Shown: one piece after another, positions 12,101-24,600 of the stretch
Numbering within the stretch: the stretch's first letter is position 1
Layout: every line of letters begins with the position of its first letter
Origin: Takakia lepidozioides
Lineage: Eukaryota; Plantae; Bryophyta
Reading direction: 5' to 3'
Length of the DNA stretch: 64,000 bases
Assembly: GCA_030704615.1 (NCBI GenBank)
Contig: CM060733.1
Coordinates: 36,952,001 to 37,016,000, forward strand
The notes under the pieces: generated by a model
What the model was told of the DNA's origin: nothing
Seen by the model: only the letters and a program-made list of their open reading frames with translations
The model's database searches: none
Translations under genes and position numbers: made by a program

Positions 12101-15100
12101 ATGTGTAGAGTGTCCAGTGCTGAGTGGCACATGGCTTGCTGTGGCAGGCCCTCCGGAGTTGGTAGATGATTGGAGTTATGGGGGGGAGCGCCCACTGGAT
12201 GCTGCTGCTGCAGTTCGAAAACACTGGCATTTGGTTCAATGCCAAAATGGCAAGTTCGTAGCTCCTTGTCTGCTTTCCAGCAGGATGCAGCTGAATGGCA
12301 GTATTGCAGTAAATGTTGCTTGATCACTGTTTGGCATTTTCTGATACCTGAGCTCTAAACTAATCTTTGTACTGGGTTCTATACTGCAGGGCTTCGTTTC
12401 TTTGAGGAAATACCTGATGTTGACCATAATGTAAGTGGCTTCAGCCTCAAAAATCTCTCTTTTGTGTTCAGTAGAATGACTGCATTTTTGTAAAAGATGC
12501 TGATTTATGCCAATCAGTACGGAGCTTTGTGTGCCGCAGATAAGATAGGGGAGGTATTTAGGCAGAGCCAGTCGTTGCAGGCGCAGAGCCGGAGCAGGGC
12601 AATGAAGGCGGTGGGGGTGGTGGAAGCAGCCTGTGCTGACATATTTGAGCTAATAATGGGCATGGACGAGACACGCTATGAGTAAGCTGCAACCTTTTAT
12701 TTGAGTCTCTTAATCATTTTGCAACTGTAATATTCTGCTTTGGGCAAAGTCAAATGATGCTTGATGCTGGGTGGCAGATGGGACTGCAGCTTTCATCAAG
12801 GCAGCTTGGTCGAGGAGGTAGATGGTCACACTGCCATCCTCTATCATCGCCTGCAAATGGACTGGTTTCCCATGTGAGGCAGTCAGATGTTCACCTTTCT
12901 TCATTCAGAAGGAGCTTTGCTTTTGTCTTCTCCTTGCCTGCATGTAATGTTCAGCCTAAGTTATCCAATAGATGCTTCCAGTTCGCACGACACCACCAAA
13001 GGTAGAAGTGAGCAATGACTCATGCACAGAAACACATCTTGTGAGGGGTGTGAAATTGGTGTTTCTGAAAAATAGACTGGATGATGCAGGTTTATTTGGC
13101 CTCGTGACCTTTGCTATGTTCGTTATTGGCGCCGCAATGATGATGGGAGCTACGGTAGCCACCCCAACCTATAATTGCAGCTACTTGGTTGTGCATGATC
13201 TGAAGTAGCAAGTTTGTGAAAAAGTTTGTGTCTGGTACAATGGCAACTGCATACTTCAATTCTGACTGCCACCAGTTGGTTCCATTTGCCTAACTTGTAG
13301 TGCATTGGTCCACAGTTATTCTGTTTCGATCTAAGGAACATCCAAATTGTCCTCCACAGCCTGGTTGTGTTCGTGCACACATTGAAAGTACGTACTTACA
13401 TTTTGTTTTTCTTTGCGTTTTCTGGAGGTGGGAGTAGTGGGAGCACTCAAATTGCCTGGATTAGTTGCTGAGAGGAATGGCCTTGGTCTTCAACATCCTC
13501 TGCCAGCTGCATGCCAGCAAATCATGTGACCAATACCACATGTATGTGAAGAGTGGCTTGATGATGTGCATGACCGACAGGAGAGGACACGAGGACATGG
13601 GGAATTACTATCTGGGTTAGAAGATGTTCAGTTGCTGATAGGAATGGCCTTGGTTTTGAACATACATTGGCAGGCCAGGTTCATGCAGAAATGCTGGGTA
13701 GACAGTGGCAGGATGTACATGTGCCTGATAGATGGGAGGACATGAGAGGATTTTATCGGAAGGTCTTTGTAATGCTACTATGCCTGCAAGGGATGCTGCT
13801 GAATGAAGTGATGGGTGCATGTTGCCTAGGTGGAGGTTTCGTCATTGCCCCTCTAAAACAGCGTGGGGCTGCCGCAGAAGTGCGGGCACGAGTGCAACAT
13901 TTGGTGCAGATTGATTTGAAGGGCTGGGGAGCCAACCTCGTACCTTTCTGTCACCAGCATACAGTGACTCAAATGCTCAACAGTGTTGCTGGTAGACTGC
14001 AAAACTACCTTGCAGCACCTCCTATCTTATAGTATGTATGTATGTTATGTTTGGGACGACACCACCCCTACACACCATATACTTGTCTTTAGTTTTCTTC
14101 AACTATTTTAGGTAGTTATGGGCCCTTGATCAGAAAGCTTCCTGAATGCACTTTTTGAGATCAATCAGCTGGCAACATTTTAGAAAGACAATTGTCGTGT
14201 TACTGGAGACCCTCGATTCAGAAGTGTGGGTTCTTATTAAAATCTCCTGTAGCTCCATTAATTTTATACGTCACCTGCATATCTTTGTTGGAGTTTACAC
14301 AATTACCCACTTACATGGTTGTTAATTGTGTGGTGGCAATTATACACATGGTAACAGGTTTGCGGGAGTGGTTTGCTCAAAGAGATGGAGGCCAGGTGCC
14401 TCATCCTGTGCAAAGGATGGCTAAGATGGGTTCAGAACTGTTACCTGGGAAAAAGCTGAGAAAGCGACAGGCAGGGCAGGCCAATTTGTCATCGGACCAG
14501 ATGCTCGCAGCAGGTCGATGTGTGGATTCGTTTGCCTTTGAAGAGTCAGATGACGAGGCCGATGATGGTCAGACTGTTCCTAATTCTGAGGTTCGTACCT
14601 GCCCTCTGGATATATCCGCAGAGTAGTTCTCAGAGTTGTGAGTTCGAACGGTGATTTATGTACATGTGGATTGGCGGGGTGCTTGGGGTGGTTGGCAGTT
14701 TGTCACTGGAGCGGATATTGCCAGCTCACCAGGTAACACCTATTTTCGGTTTGCTTGCTGGTGGTGCTGTCCACCACCTTTTTGGTCACCTGATGGAAAA
14801 ATACCTGATTTTCTCCTTCTAGATGAGGAGCCCTAGATCACATGAAACTCATCCTACTTATTGATCACTAAAGATTAGAGTAGGAGATTGTCATTGCAGC
14901 CAGAGTAAAGAACACTCAATACCATTGATTGGACTGACCTGATCTATGCATATGAACGAGAACCCTTGTTTAGCAGAATGTCTGATATATTCAATCTCTA
15001 GACCTAGTCTTGGTAGTACTTATGCTTCTACTAATGCCATCTATGCTGCCCCATACGGTCATGGTTGTTCTCAAGCCTCCCTTATGCGAGGATAGATGTA

Positions 15101-17952
15101 AACTCCTATTCGTTTACCATGCCATCCTATGTACTTGTCGAGAGAACTTTATCATTGAGACCGACCCTGAAACTGAGAATGTTGATCTGTCAAGGAGTTA
15201 TGGTGGTGCTTCTCATACACAATTTTTTTTTGCAGTAAGCCTTGTGCAAAAGGACCTTTCGGAGAATGTCGATTGGTCAATATTTTCCGGTTCATTCAGT
15301 CAGGGGTCTCATGAGAATGGTAAAAACTGCTGGAGTATACCAAATGGCAATAGTTTCCGTGTTCGAGGCAAGCGTTTTTTTGCTGACCGCTCTAAGGTTA
15401 GTTTGTCCACCCAAGCATCTCTCCAGAGTCTACAATGGCAGATTGCTTCTAAAGCTAGGAGTGTTGCAAGCGACAGGTTGGGAGAGGGTGTATCTGAGAC
15501 TGCAGAGTCTGGTATGGTGACAGACTCCTGCAGGGGAGCCATTGATGAAGCTAGTAGCTGTGGATTGGTTTAAAGACAGCAAGCGCATGGACCACTTGGC
15601 CAGGCGCAAGGACTGCGTCGCACAGGTTGTTGTTCCTTTCAATTTTGTTCATGAACTGATCTTGTGGTTTTCTTCTTTATTGCACCAATATGGGAAGCTA
15701 GTGAGGGACGTCCATGAAGGGAAAAAGGTGTATGACTCCTTGCTCATTCTATATTTCTGTTATCCATTGTGCTCTACCTCTTGGCATAAGGCCATAATTT
15801 TCTCTTCACTTTATCACCAAATAGATGCATAGATGTACGATTGTGAATTCATTTACCCTTTCTATATGCTGGTGTTTGCATTATAATATTTCTTCTGACC
15901 ATGGTCGCTCACCAGTGGGTGCATGTATATACGCTCAAAAGTGCACAAACTAATCTCTATGAGTGCTAATGCTTAGTACATAACTTGACTCCCAAGTGCC
16001 AGTTGCATTCCACAGGTGGCAGCTGAGAAGGGCTTATTCACAATAGCCTTTAATGTTCAGGTACTTTCATCCTATGTCATTCACAGATAGATGACACATC
16101 TTAAATTTCTTGTTATGAGAAAACGGCAGCACTGTAAGCCCCCTGCACAACCTTGCAAACAGATGGAATGGCCACCCATGGGCCAGAACCACCGGGTGCT
16201 AGCACTCAGCAGTGGAGAGTCATCATTGTGTACAAATTGGGCATACAAATGTAGACCGTTGTAGCCACATCAGTAATCTTACTCTCCAGCCACTCTCGCA
16301 TTACCTTCCATTCTACCTAATATTAAGTCCCCTTGGTTCTCTTCATTTTGCAAATCAGGCTCATTGCAGGTTTCTTAAGGAATCACCATGGGTTTATGAG
16401 CCTGTGTCTTGGGTGACTGTAAATCATGGCTGCATTTTCACATTTCTATCCGCAGCCTTATGCATCCATTTTGATCCTCCATAGATGAATATCCTGCTTC
16501 ATAAAGGAGGAATATGGAACTTCCTGTGTCTTTGATGTCCCTTATGTATGGACATGTATACATGTATTGATCAGGTAGCTGGGCAGTGGTGTCATTTCTC
16601 ATGGAGAGAGTTAATAAAGCAACGGAAGAAGATGACTCCTTTCACTGGTCTGCAAACAGGTGCCCGGATCCACTCATTATAGCATGGTATTTTATTTTTT
16701 GACAACCAAGGCGCCTCCACAAGGTTCCTTGTTGCAACGCTTCGTGGATGGGGATGACTCCTTTCGCAATAGTCGCCTCAAGCTCATCCCTTCTGTTCCC
16801 AAAGTTGGTACCCCCTTATCCTAGATATTACTGTGAGAAATTTGGTTCCTCAATACCGAGCTCCAGTGTGACACCTGACCCATTGAATGTGTCATTTTTC
16901 AGGGATCTTGGATTGTAAGGCAGAGTGTGGGCAGCACTCCTTGCATCCTTGGCAAAGCTGTAGATTGCACCTATTATCGGGGTCCCAACTATCTTGAGGT
17001 ACTGGTTACTCTCATTTCTCCTTACTGGAGATGTCATTAGCTTTTAATACACCTTTCCCACACTCCAAACAGCTGCTTTTAGGGAAGTACAGATATCCTA
17101 GCAAGATGAGACTCCAGTGTTTTCTGTTTATGGTATCCTCATGGTTTAGGGTTTAAATTGGGGCAAAGTCAATCCTTGGAAATCCTTGGAAATCAATACA
17201 AAGTCAATCCTTGGGTTACTCAGCCCTATTGTGACAAGCAGCTGTTTGAAACTTCCGTGGAATAGCTTCCAGCCAAGTTCTACGCATGTATAAGGTTGTC
17301 CCTGTGTGATGAAATTGAACCTGGTTTCTTATTCTCCAGGTTGCACTTAGTAGCTAACATTCGTATGTGATGGAACACATCACATGAGTGTTGGAACAGG
17401 CTTGTTATGAACATGGTAGGCTGGTGCTGTTGGGGCAGGTTGACGTGGACATTGGATCGTCTACGGTGGCAAATGGTGTACTTGGCCTTGTGTTTGGTGT
17501 GGTGACATCCTTGGTTGTTGACATGGCCTTTTTGGTTCAGGTATGTCTTAGGTTCATAGTTGGTGCAATGTCTCTCCAGTTTCATTGCCAGGCAAGGTTG
17601 TGGGATGGTTGTTAAAGGAGCAAATGAAGGGCGAGAGTTTAGTTTCTCTATTGCAGGTGTAGAGAAAGGAAGATGTTAATATTGGCTTTAAGCGTAGAGA
17701 GCTTTTCGGGTATGCTTCACGCTACCTGCCAACTTACATCCGAAATTGCAATGGTATCCACACGCAAGAAGCTTTGGAGGTTAGATGCAAGTCCAGTAAG
17801 TGTGCAAGGGGGATTGGATGGCACAGAGCAACAGCATGGAGGAGCTACCAGAGCAACTGTTAGGTGCAGTACGTGTGTCACAGTTGGTCCTCTCTTGTGC
17901 CATCTCTCCCTCGGTAGCTGCTGAGGCTTCTACTAGCTTGGTTGCAATATAG
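9124..17952 (+). CDS. EDR2: ENHANCED DISEASE RESISTANCE 2-like protein (PH + START + DUF1336/EDR2_C), about 20 exons
   Basis: Exon 1 MEGWMVRYGRRKIGRSFFHKRYFVLE; exon 2 IIDGNCRVEDRGL; START-domain WPRDLCYVRYWRRNDDGSY and QIDLKGWG; C-terminal FRVRGK, LVAVDWF, DDSFRNSRLKLIP, GSWIVRQSVG, VDIGSSTVANGVLGLV, EELPEQLLGAVR. Stop TAG ends at 17952. Confidence 0.93.
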
Positions 17953-18649
17953 TTCTATGGTTGGTGTTTTCATTCATTCTGTTGAATGCTGGTAGACTTA
18001 CATTCAGCATGGAGGGTCCACCCAGAAAGAGGTTGAAAATATCAGCCTAAATTGGATATGGCGATGTAGATGTATAGCAACGGGACATGCATAATTTTGC
18101 ATGTACAGAAAAATCTCCATTATTCCTGAAAGTGGCTTTGTCAGCAAATTTTGTTCAAACCTCTGTATGTTTTGGACATTGCATACTGTTTAAGTTCTGG
18201 AGTTGACAAATCTGGTGGTCTGTGAAGATTGAGATCTGTCCTGCTCTGATCTGTGTGACAGTGAAGCACCCTTTATTTGACTCGGTGCACCACAGCTCTA
18301 AAACATACAGTGGCAAGCAATGGAGGTGTATTTAGTAGTCTCCTATTTGTTTCTCTCCCCCTCATCTCTCTCACCAATGTTTCCTGCATATATCCTGGTC
18401 TCCGGTATTCCCTGGTCACATACGTTTTGTGAAAAATGTGATTGATTGAGGATTTGTAACTGATATTTGGTGCAACATTCAAAAATAGATCCAAACATGG
18501 AGCCTAGAAAAAAAGGCAGAAAACGGACATAAACAATCTATAGTCTATGCAAAGAAGGTGGATTTGAAACGCACTGGTTACAGACCTCACTCTCAATTCA
18601 CACACAATTCGCAAACATAGGAGTCCCATTTGTTATCATAGCTATTCTA

Positions 18650-21600
18650 ATCATCTTTTCAACCCCTCCTCTTAACTCTTCCAGTCTCTGTTTTACTGGT
18701 TTGACCTTTCAGACCACTGCAAATCAAATTCCTCATTCTTGTTCTACGTCTAGAATTTTGTCCCCAGCACAGAGAATCTCTGATTTACATGTCCCTATTA
18801 TATGGACAAGTGTTGGCAACCAACACTCAGTGGTGTCTTAAGACCTCTGCCCTGGGCAGTATTGATTAGTTCTCACCCAACTTCTGCTCTATACCATTCA
18901 TCTTACAACATGTTTCTGTGCAGCCTAAAGGTAGTCTCATGCTTTTTCAAGGCAGGTGGTTTCCTGTCTCACTTTCTGCAATCCCTGCAAGTTCTCTAGG
19001 TGCTGCTGTTTCAAAAGCAACTCTGCCTTACTATGGGACGCTGTGGCCTCTGGCAGTTTTCCCTCATCAAATGTCCACTCCTCCTGGTGAAAATAACGAA
19101 TGTGAAAGATGAGTGTGGATATTACAAGGTAGAATATTACAAAGTAATGAACTGTGGCAGGAACAAATTTGGATAGTCGACTCATGCTGAGATGCTCTCT
19201 AGCAGGACAGGACTTGGATGCCTGCTGTGTGGTCCAACAGGTAAGAGGCTTTTGAATGGATGCTTCCAACTTTCTCCTTCACTGGTTTTTTATGACCCTT
19301 CAGCCTACGCTACCAGAGATCCATAGCAGTCTCATCAGTAAACCTAGGCTGCACACTCTGTCTACCTCTATCTATTTATTTGTAGTTTTCAGGCTGCTTG
19401 TTGAGGACCCCATTTTCTCATGTACTGTTTTGCTTGTCCCATAAGCTCTTTCAACTTGCTGTACATGCTATGAAGTTCCTTTCGTCCTGGAAAGTGAAAA
19501 ACATTACTTTTCTTTTTTTGCCCTTTATACTAGTGTTTCTTTCTTCCTTGTCCCATAAGCTCTTTGACCTTCACACAGACGTTCACTTCAATTCTTTCTA
19601 AGAAGCAATGGCTGATTGTGGGACGGAATAAGCTTCCAGCGTGACATTATGGTCTGCTGTACCTTGCATGCATACATTAACATGCTTTTCCGTTGAGCCA
19701 AAGATGCTCACCTGTATTGTAGCCTCCTGCAGACAAACCTCTGCTCACACAATTTCCTCCTTTGCCGTGGTGACCTCCAACCTCAATTTCACCATCTGTG
19801 ACTTAGCGTCGTTGCCACCTCCAGCGGATCCTTGTCATTAATAGCAAGTTCTGTACCCTGTATTTCTGTCTGAGACAATTCATCTTTCCCCTTCTTCTCC
19901 GATGCCATCATTCCTTGCCTCCTTGCAGCAAGCTCAAGGTTCCCTTTCTCTACCTCAGTCAGAGCATATTGCTCCCTCTGCTTTGTTTCTCTCAGGTCTT
20001 GCTTCACTGCAGCTAACTCCGAAGTTGCTCTCTCCAACTGCCCTCGGGCATCGTGTTCTTCCTTCCTCACCTCCACCAGCTCCTTCTTAACCAACGCCAG
20101 CTCTGACCTCAACTTTTCCACTTCCAACCGTGTATCTACTTCCTTCTTTACCACCGTTCCCAGCTCTTCCTTCAACTCAGCCAGCTCTTGTCTCAATTGA
20201 GCCTCTACCTCAGCTTTCTTAGCATCTTCGAACTCACCTTGAAGGGTTACCTCAATCTGAACGTTTTGGAGGTCACTCTGAAGACTGGCAACCATCTCTT
20301 CCTCCCCTGCAAGTTTCTGTGCCTGCAGTCTGCAGGTTTCCTGGGTCTCAACAACTCTGTTCCCCTCAAGATCCAACGCTTGCTGCAGGGCTGTGGATTG
20401 GGCTTCTAAGTCTAAGACTTGGCATTGGTAACCCAGAAGCTGTCGCCGCAACCCTGATGCTTCAATCTCCAAGGCTGTAGCACGGGCTGTTGTTTGCTTA
20501 TTTGCAGATCTCAGAGAAAGAAGGTTGTCTGACTGGAGCCTAAGTAGTTTCTCCCTTGCCTCCAGCCTCTCCCTCAGTCTTCCCACATTCTCATCAATTA
20601 CCTGCATCCAGAAAGGAACCATGATGTCTGAACAATTGATGAAGACCCTATCTAGGATTTTGTTCACAATCCTTTGGTTCTTAAAATTGGTTTCTTAGGA
20701 GAAAAGTTACAGAAGGGCACACCTCCACTAATGGGCTGCTACTCGTTACTGTGAATACCCAACATTAAATGTATGAGGCCAGAATATGCCGACCTGATTT
20801 TGTGTTACATTCTCCGATCGTTGACTCTCTGTCAATCGAAAGACCTTGTTCAAATGATCCACCTCTCGCTTGGCACACCCAACCTCTGCTTCCATGGCTG
20901 ACAACTTCTGTAAAAGTTCCACCAGTGAGTCGTCATTAAGGTCTTGCTTCTTCTCATCTGCACCCTTGCTATGGCCCCTGTGAGTCTTGAGCTCTGCCTG
21001 GAGACTATCCAAATGTACTTCCAGTGCCCTTACATCCTTAACCTTGGTGTTGCCTTCGCAAAGCTCCTCACGGGCTAGGTATAAGTCAGAGCTTGTCAGT
21101 TCAAGCTGCAAGGTTTTCTCGGCCAATTCCTGCTCGAGCTGTGCAACGATAGCCCCGAACTCCCTTCTAGAAGACTCAAACTCAGCTGCCAACAGTGCCC
21201 TCTCATCCTCGTGGCAGGAGAGCAACTCCACATGCTTTTTACTCTCTAGTTCAGCTTCCTCCAGCTTTGCCTGCACACATAAGCATCCGGGGGGCCACAA
21301 ACATGTTCAAGAGTAGATGAATTCATCAGTGTTGGAAATTGTAACTCTGTAGCCAGTGGCAGTCGGTTGGATGCTTTCAAAGAGAGTCAATGCAATCAAA
21401 GCAAGAGAAGAGATAGGAGAAAGGAAGGAAGAAAGCAACTTTATAGCATCCATGGGACAAAGGAAAATAGAAAAGCAAAGTGGGCCACCACAGCCAGAAA
21501 CTACAATTCAACTTTGAGAGATTTTTCTCCAAGGTGGAGAGAAGTTTGAGGATATGCCACAAGGCGTCTCTGGTTCGAAGACCTGTAAGAAATTGGCTGT

Positions 21601-24600
21601 CTGTAAATAGACCAAACTGGAGAGGGGGGGAGAGAAAGAAACCTTTTAACATTGACTGTACACCAAAGGGCCCAATGGACACAAGTATGCACATAAACTT
21701 TGAGCCCATATAGCTAAAGGCCTCTGCATGAAATACAAAGAAAGATCACAGAGAATGGAGTAATGGCTCCAATAGATTAGATTTTACACCAGAAAATATG
21801 AAATTGATGACAGCACTCCTGCTGTAGTACTTTGGCTTGGTAGCAGAAGGTCAAGACTTGATCTCATAGGTATTTGCTTCTGGACAAATTTTACAGGAGT
21901 CATATGTCGCTTTTGGCTCAACAAAACAGTGATAAGCTCTTCTGGACTCTTCCATCAGTTTTTTAGGGGAATTGAGGCAGAGAAGGATATATTGGACAAT
22001 GCAACCTGATCCATTGATTGCTCTGCCCTCTCAGATGTTACTATGGAGAAACCTCTTCCCCTGGGTGAATAAGACATACTTTCATGAACTTTAAAACCAC
22101 AGCCAATAGCATTCTAATCACCAAACAGTTGAGAAAGCCAACCGACTCTGGATCATGTCTTGACAATCCAACATCCAAAGGAACAGCAATTGAACTACTC
22201 ACAACAGGTCACTGGCTGCTCAAATGACAAACCATTAATCCAACAACGGTACCTGGAGCCACACCACTTGACATGCCAGCTGACCATCATCGACTTGTAA
22301 AGGCCGTGCCTGTAAGGTCAAAGCATCCTCAAGCTGCTCCTCCATTTGCCTCAATTTACCAGCAACAACCACATCCAAATCAATACCACTAAGTTCCATT
22401 AGCTTCCCAAATTCATGCTCATTGTGCTCTAGCTGGCTTGATGGATCCTCGACTCGCTTCTCCCGCCATGTGATCTGCAACAAGACAGATAGCTGTCACT
22501 GCCTTTTTCCAAACTCTGAATCAGCGCCAGCTGCTTTTACAAGTCTCCTACAAGTATCCAGATCAATTTGAGTAACAGTAGGTATGTTCTTGAGGAAATA
22601 TGGTAACCGTCACCTTATGCTAAGCAATCTTGTTTAAAGGACAGAATTGTACAATTTTGCGAGCTGTACCACATACACAAGTCAGTCCATTGTGAATAGC
22701 TACAGATGAGATAGGCAGACCAGGAAGTTACTGGGTTGCTGACAGGAAGTTACTGACATATACCTATATCTTGGAAGACATTGAAAGTCAGTCAACTTTT
22801 GCAACAACTCAACATTCTATTTATCATTACAACCAACCAAGACTCCATCCTCAATCACAAGCAACAACTATTTTGGTATATGTGAAGCCCTTCTCACCTC
22901 CTGCTGCCACTTCTCCCTCTCCTTTCCAGATTCTCCGCTCCTAGTCTCAAGTGGAACTTTGAGGAGCTCTTTCTCAACTGTGCTTGCTGGGATTGAGTTC
23001 CTATCTTCAACCACTCTCTCACAAACTTGGGAGGACAGCCATCCAAAAGATTCATCTTGTTCAGCACTCTTCATCCCGGTGTCTTCAATGCGAGCATGAA
23101 TCTCCTCTCCACTGACAGTCTCACATACGTCACGTGCCTCCAACCTTGACATATCAACACTAGTGGTATTAGATCTACAGAAAGTACAGAATGCTAGTTC
23201 TAGTTGGCTCTCCTATTTGTACCTGGCTATGGCCTGCAGCATCTCATGAGTACATTCTTTGTACGCGGTAAATTGAGATTATTCTCCTCGTCCTCAGGAG
23301 ACATCAAGACTCTTTTATAGTATGTTTCAAACCAGGGCTTGCTCACGTGAGGACCCTTGCCAGTTTGCCTGTGTCTGTCTGTTTTGAGGACTTGGATCAG
23401 CTGACCACCCTGCTGACCACCCTTCTCTGAAAGAGCTTGCATGAGGGGGTACTACTGTTTGCCAACCCAAACTGTCCTTACAAACCAGCCGTCTGCTGAC
23501 CATACAGAAGGACACCCTTACTACAACCACTCTCATAATTTCCAGCATCCTGCTATCACTATCCAGGAAATAGATGAAGCAAACCTGTCTGTTTCATCTT
23601 TCAACCATGTAGCTTCCTTGCTATCTACTACATGCTCTTCACATCGGGTTTCTATGACTCCATGAGCAGCGTGATACTCCAATAGCTTCTGATGCACGGT
23701 CGCAAGCTCACAGCGTGACTGGCAAAGCAGGTCAAGAGCAAGTTTCCCCCATTCTTCCACTGCCCCACTAACTGCAAGCTTCGTCTGGAGTGCTTTCCTG
23801 GAGACATTGCACCAACCCTTGATCCGGGACTCGGAAACAGTGAGCGAATCCCCCTTGGTGGAGAAGGGGGCCCTGACAATCAAGTGCAGATGTTTAGTGA
23901 GCTCCTCAGTTATGGACTCCACAAGTTTAGCAATCTCTTTCACTGCCCACGTGCAGTCTTGATTTGTGATGCAAATGTGCTTGTCTTCCAGCTCAGCGTA
24001 GCAACTTGGTGTGCTAGGGGCCTCTTCGTATATCCTTACCTCGGATATGCTCATGTTGGGTGGAGTCGAATTGTAGGTGCCAATCCTAGCAGGGGATTGC
24101 ACTTCTTGCAATATTTCTGATTGCATGTCATAGTTGCCAGATAATGCTTCCACCTCCACTTTAGGTTCCATCTGTACACGGAGGCCCTCCACCTCTGCTT
24201 TGAGTTGCTCAACGACTTTGAAATGCTTGACTGCCGAGCATCTCCCAACATTGTTCAGTGGTCCAACATCCAGAGAAGCTTCAACTGCCTCTTCCTTGTT
24301 CTGAATTGTCATACCTAACAGCCAAAGCAGCTCTCAAAATCTTGTCCACTATTTCCAACATAAGCTGGCAGGACATGACACATCGCACACCTAGGCTACA
24401 AAACTGTACCAGAGTCGGGAACTGCTTATGGCAATGCCAAAACTGCTCAAAATATACTGAGTGTCAATTTTGAAATCTCACTTGGTGCATGACAGTTTGG
24501 AACCCCTTCCAAGCTCACCTGATGTCCCCATGAGCATGTCACTGACTGATAACGTACTCAACTCCAAATGTAGCTGGAGCCACTGAAGCTCTGCCTGAAG

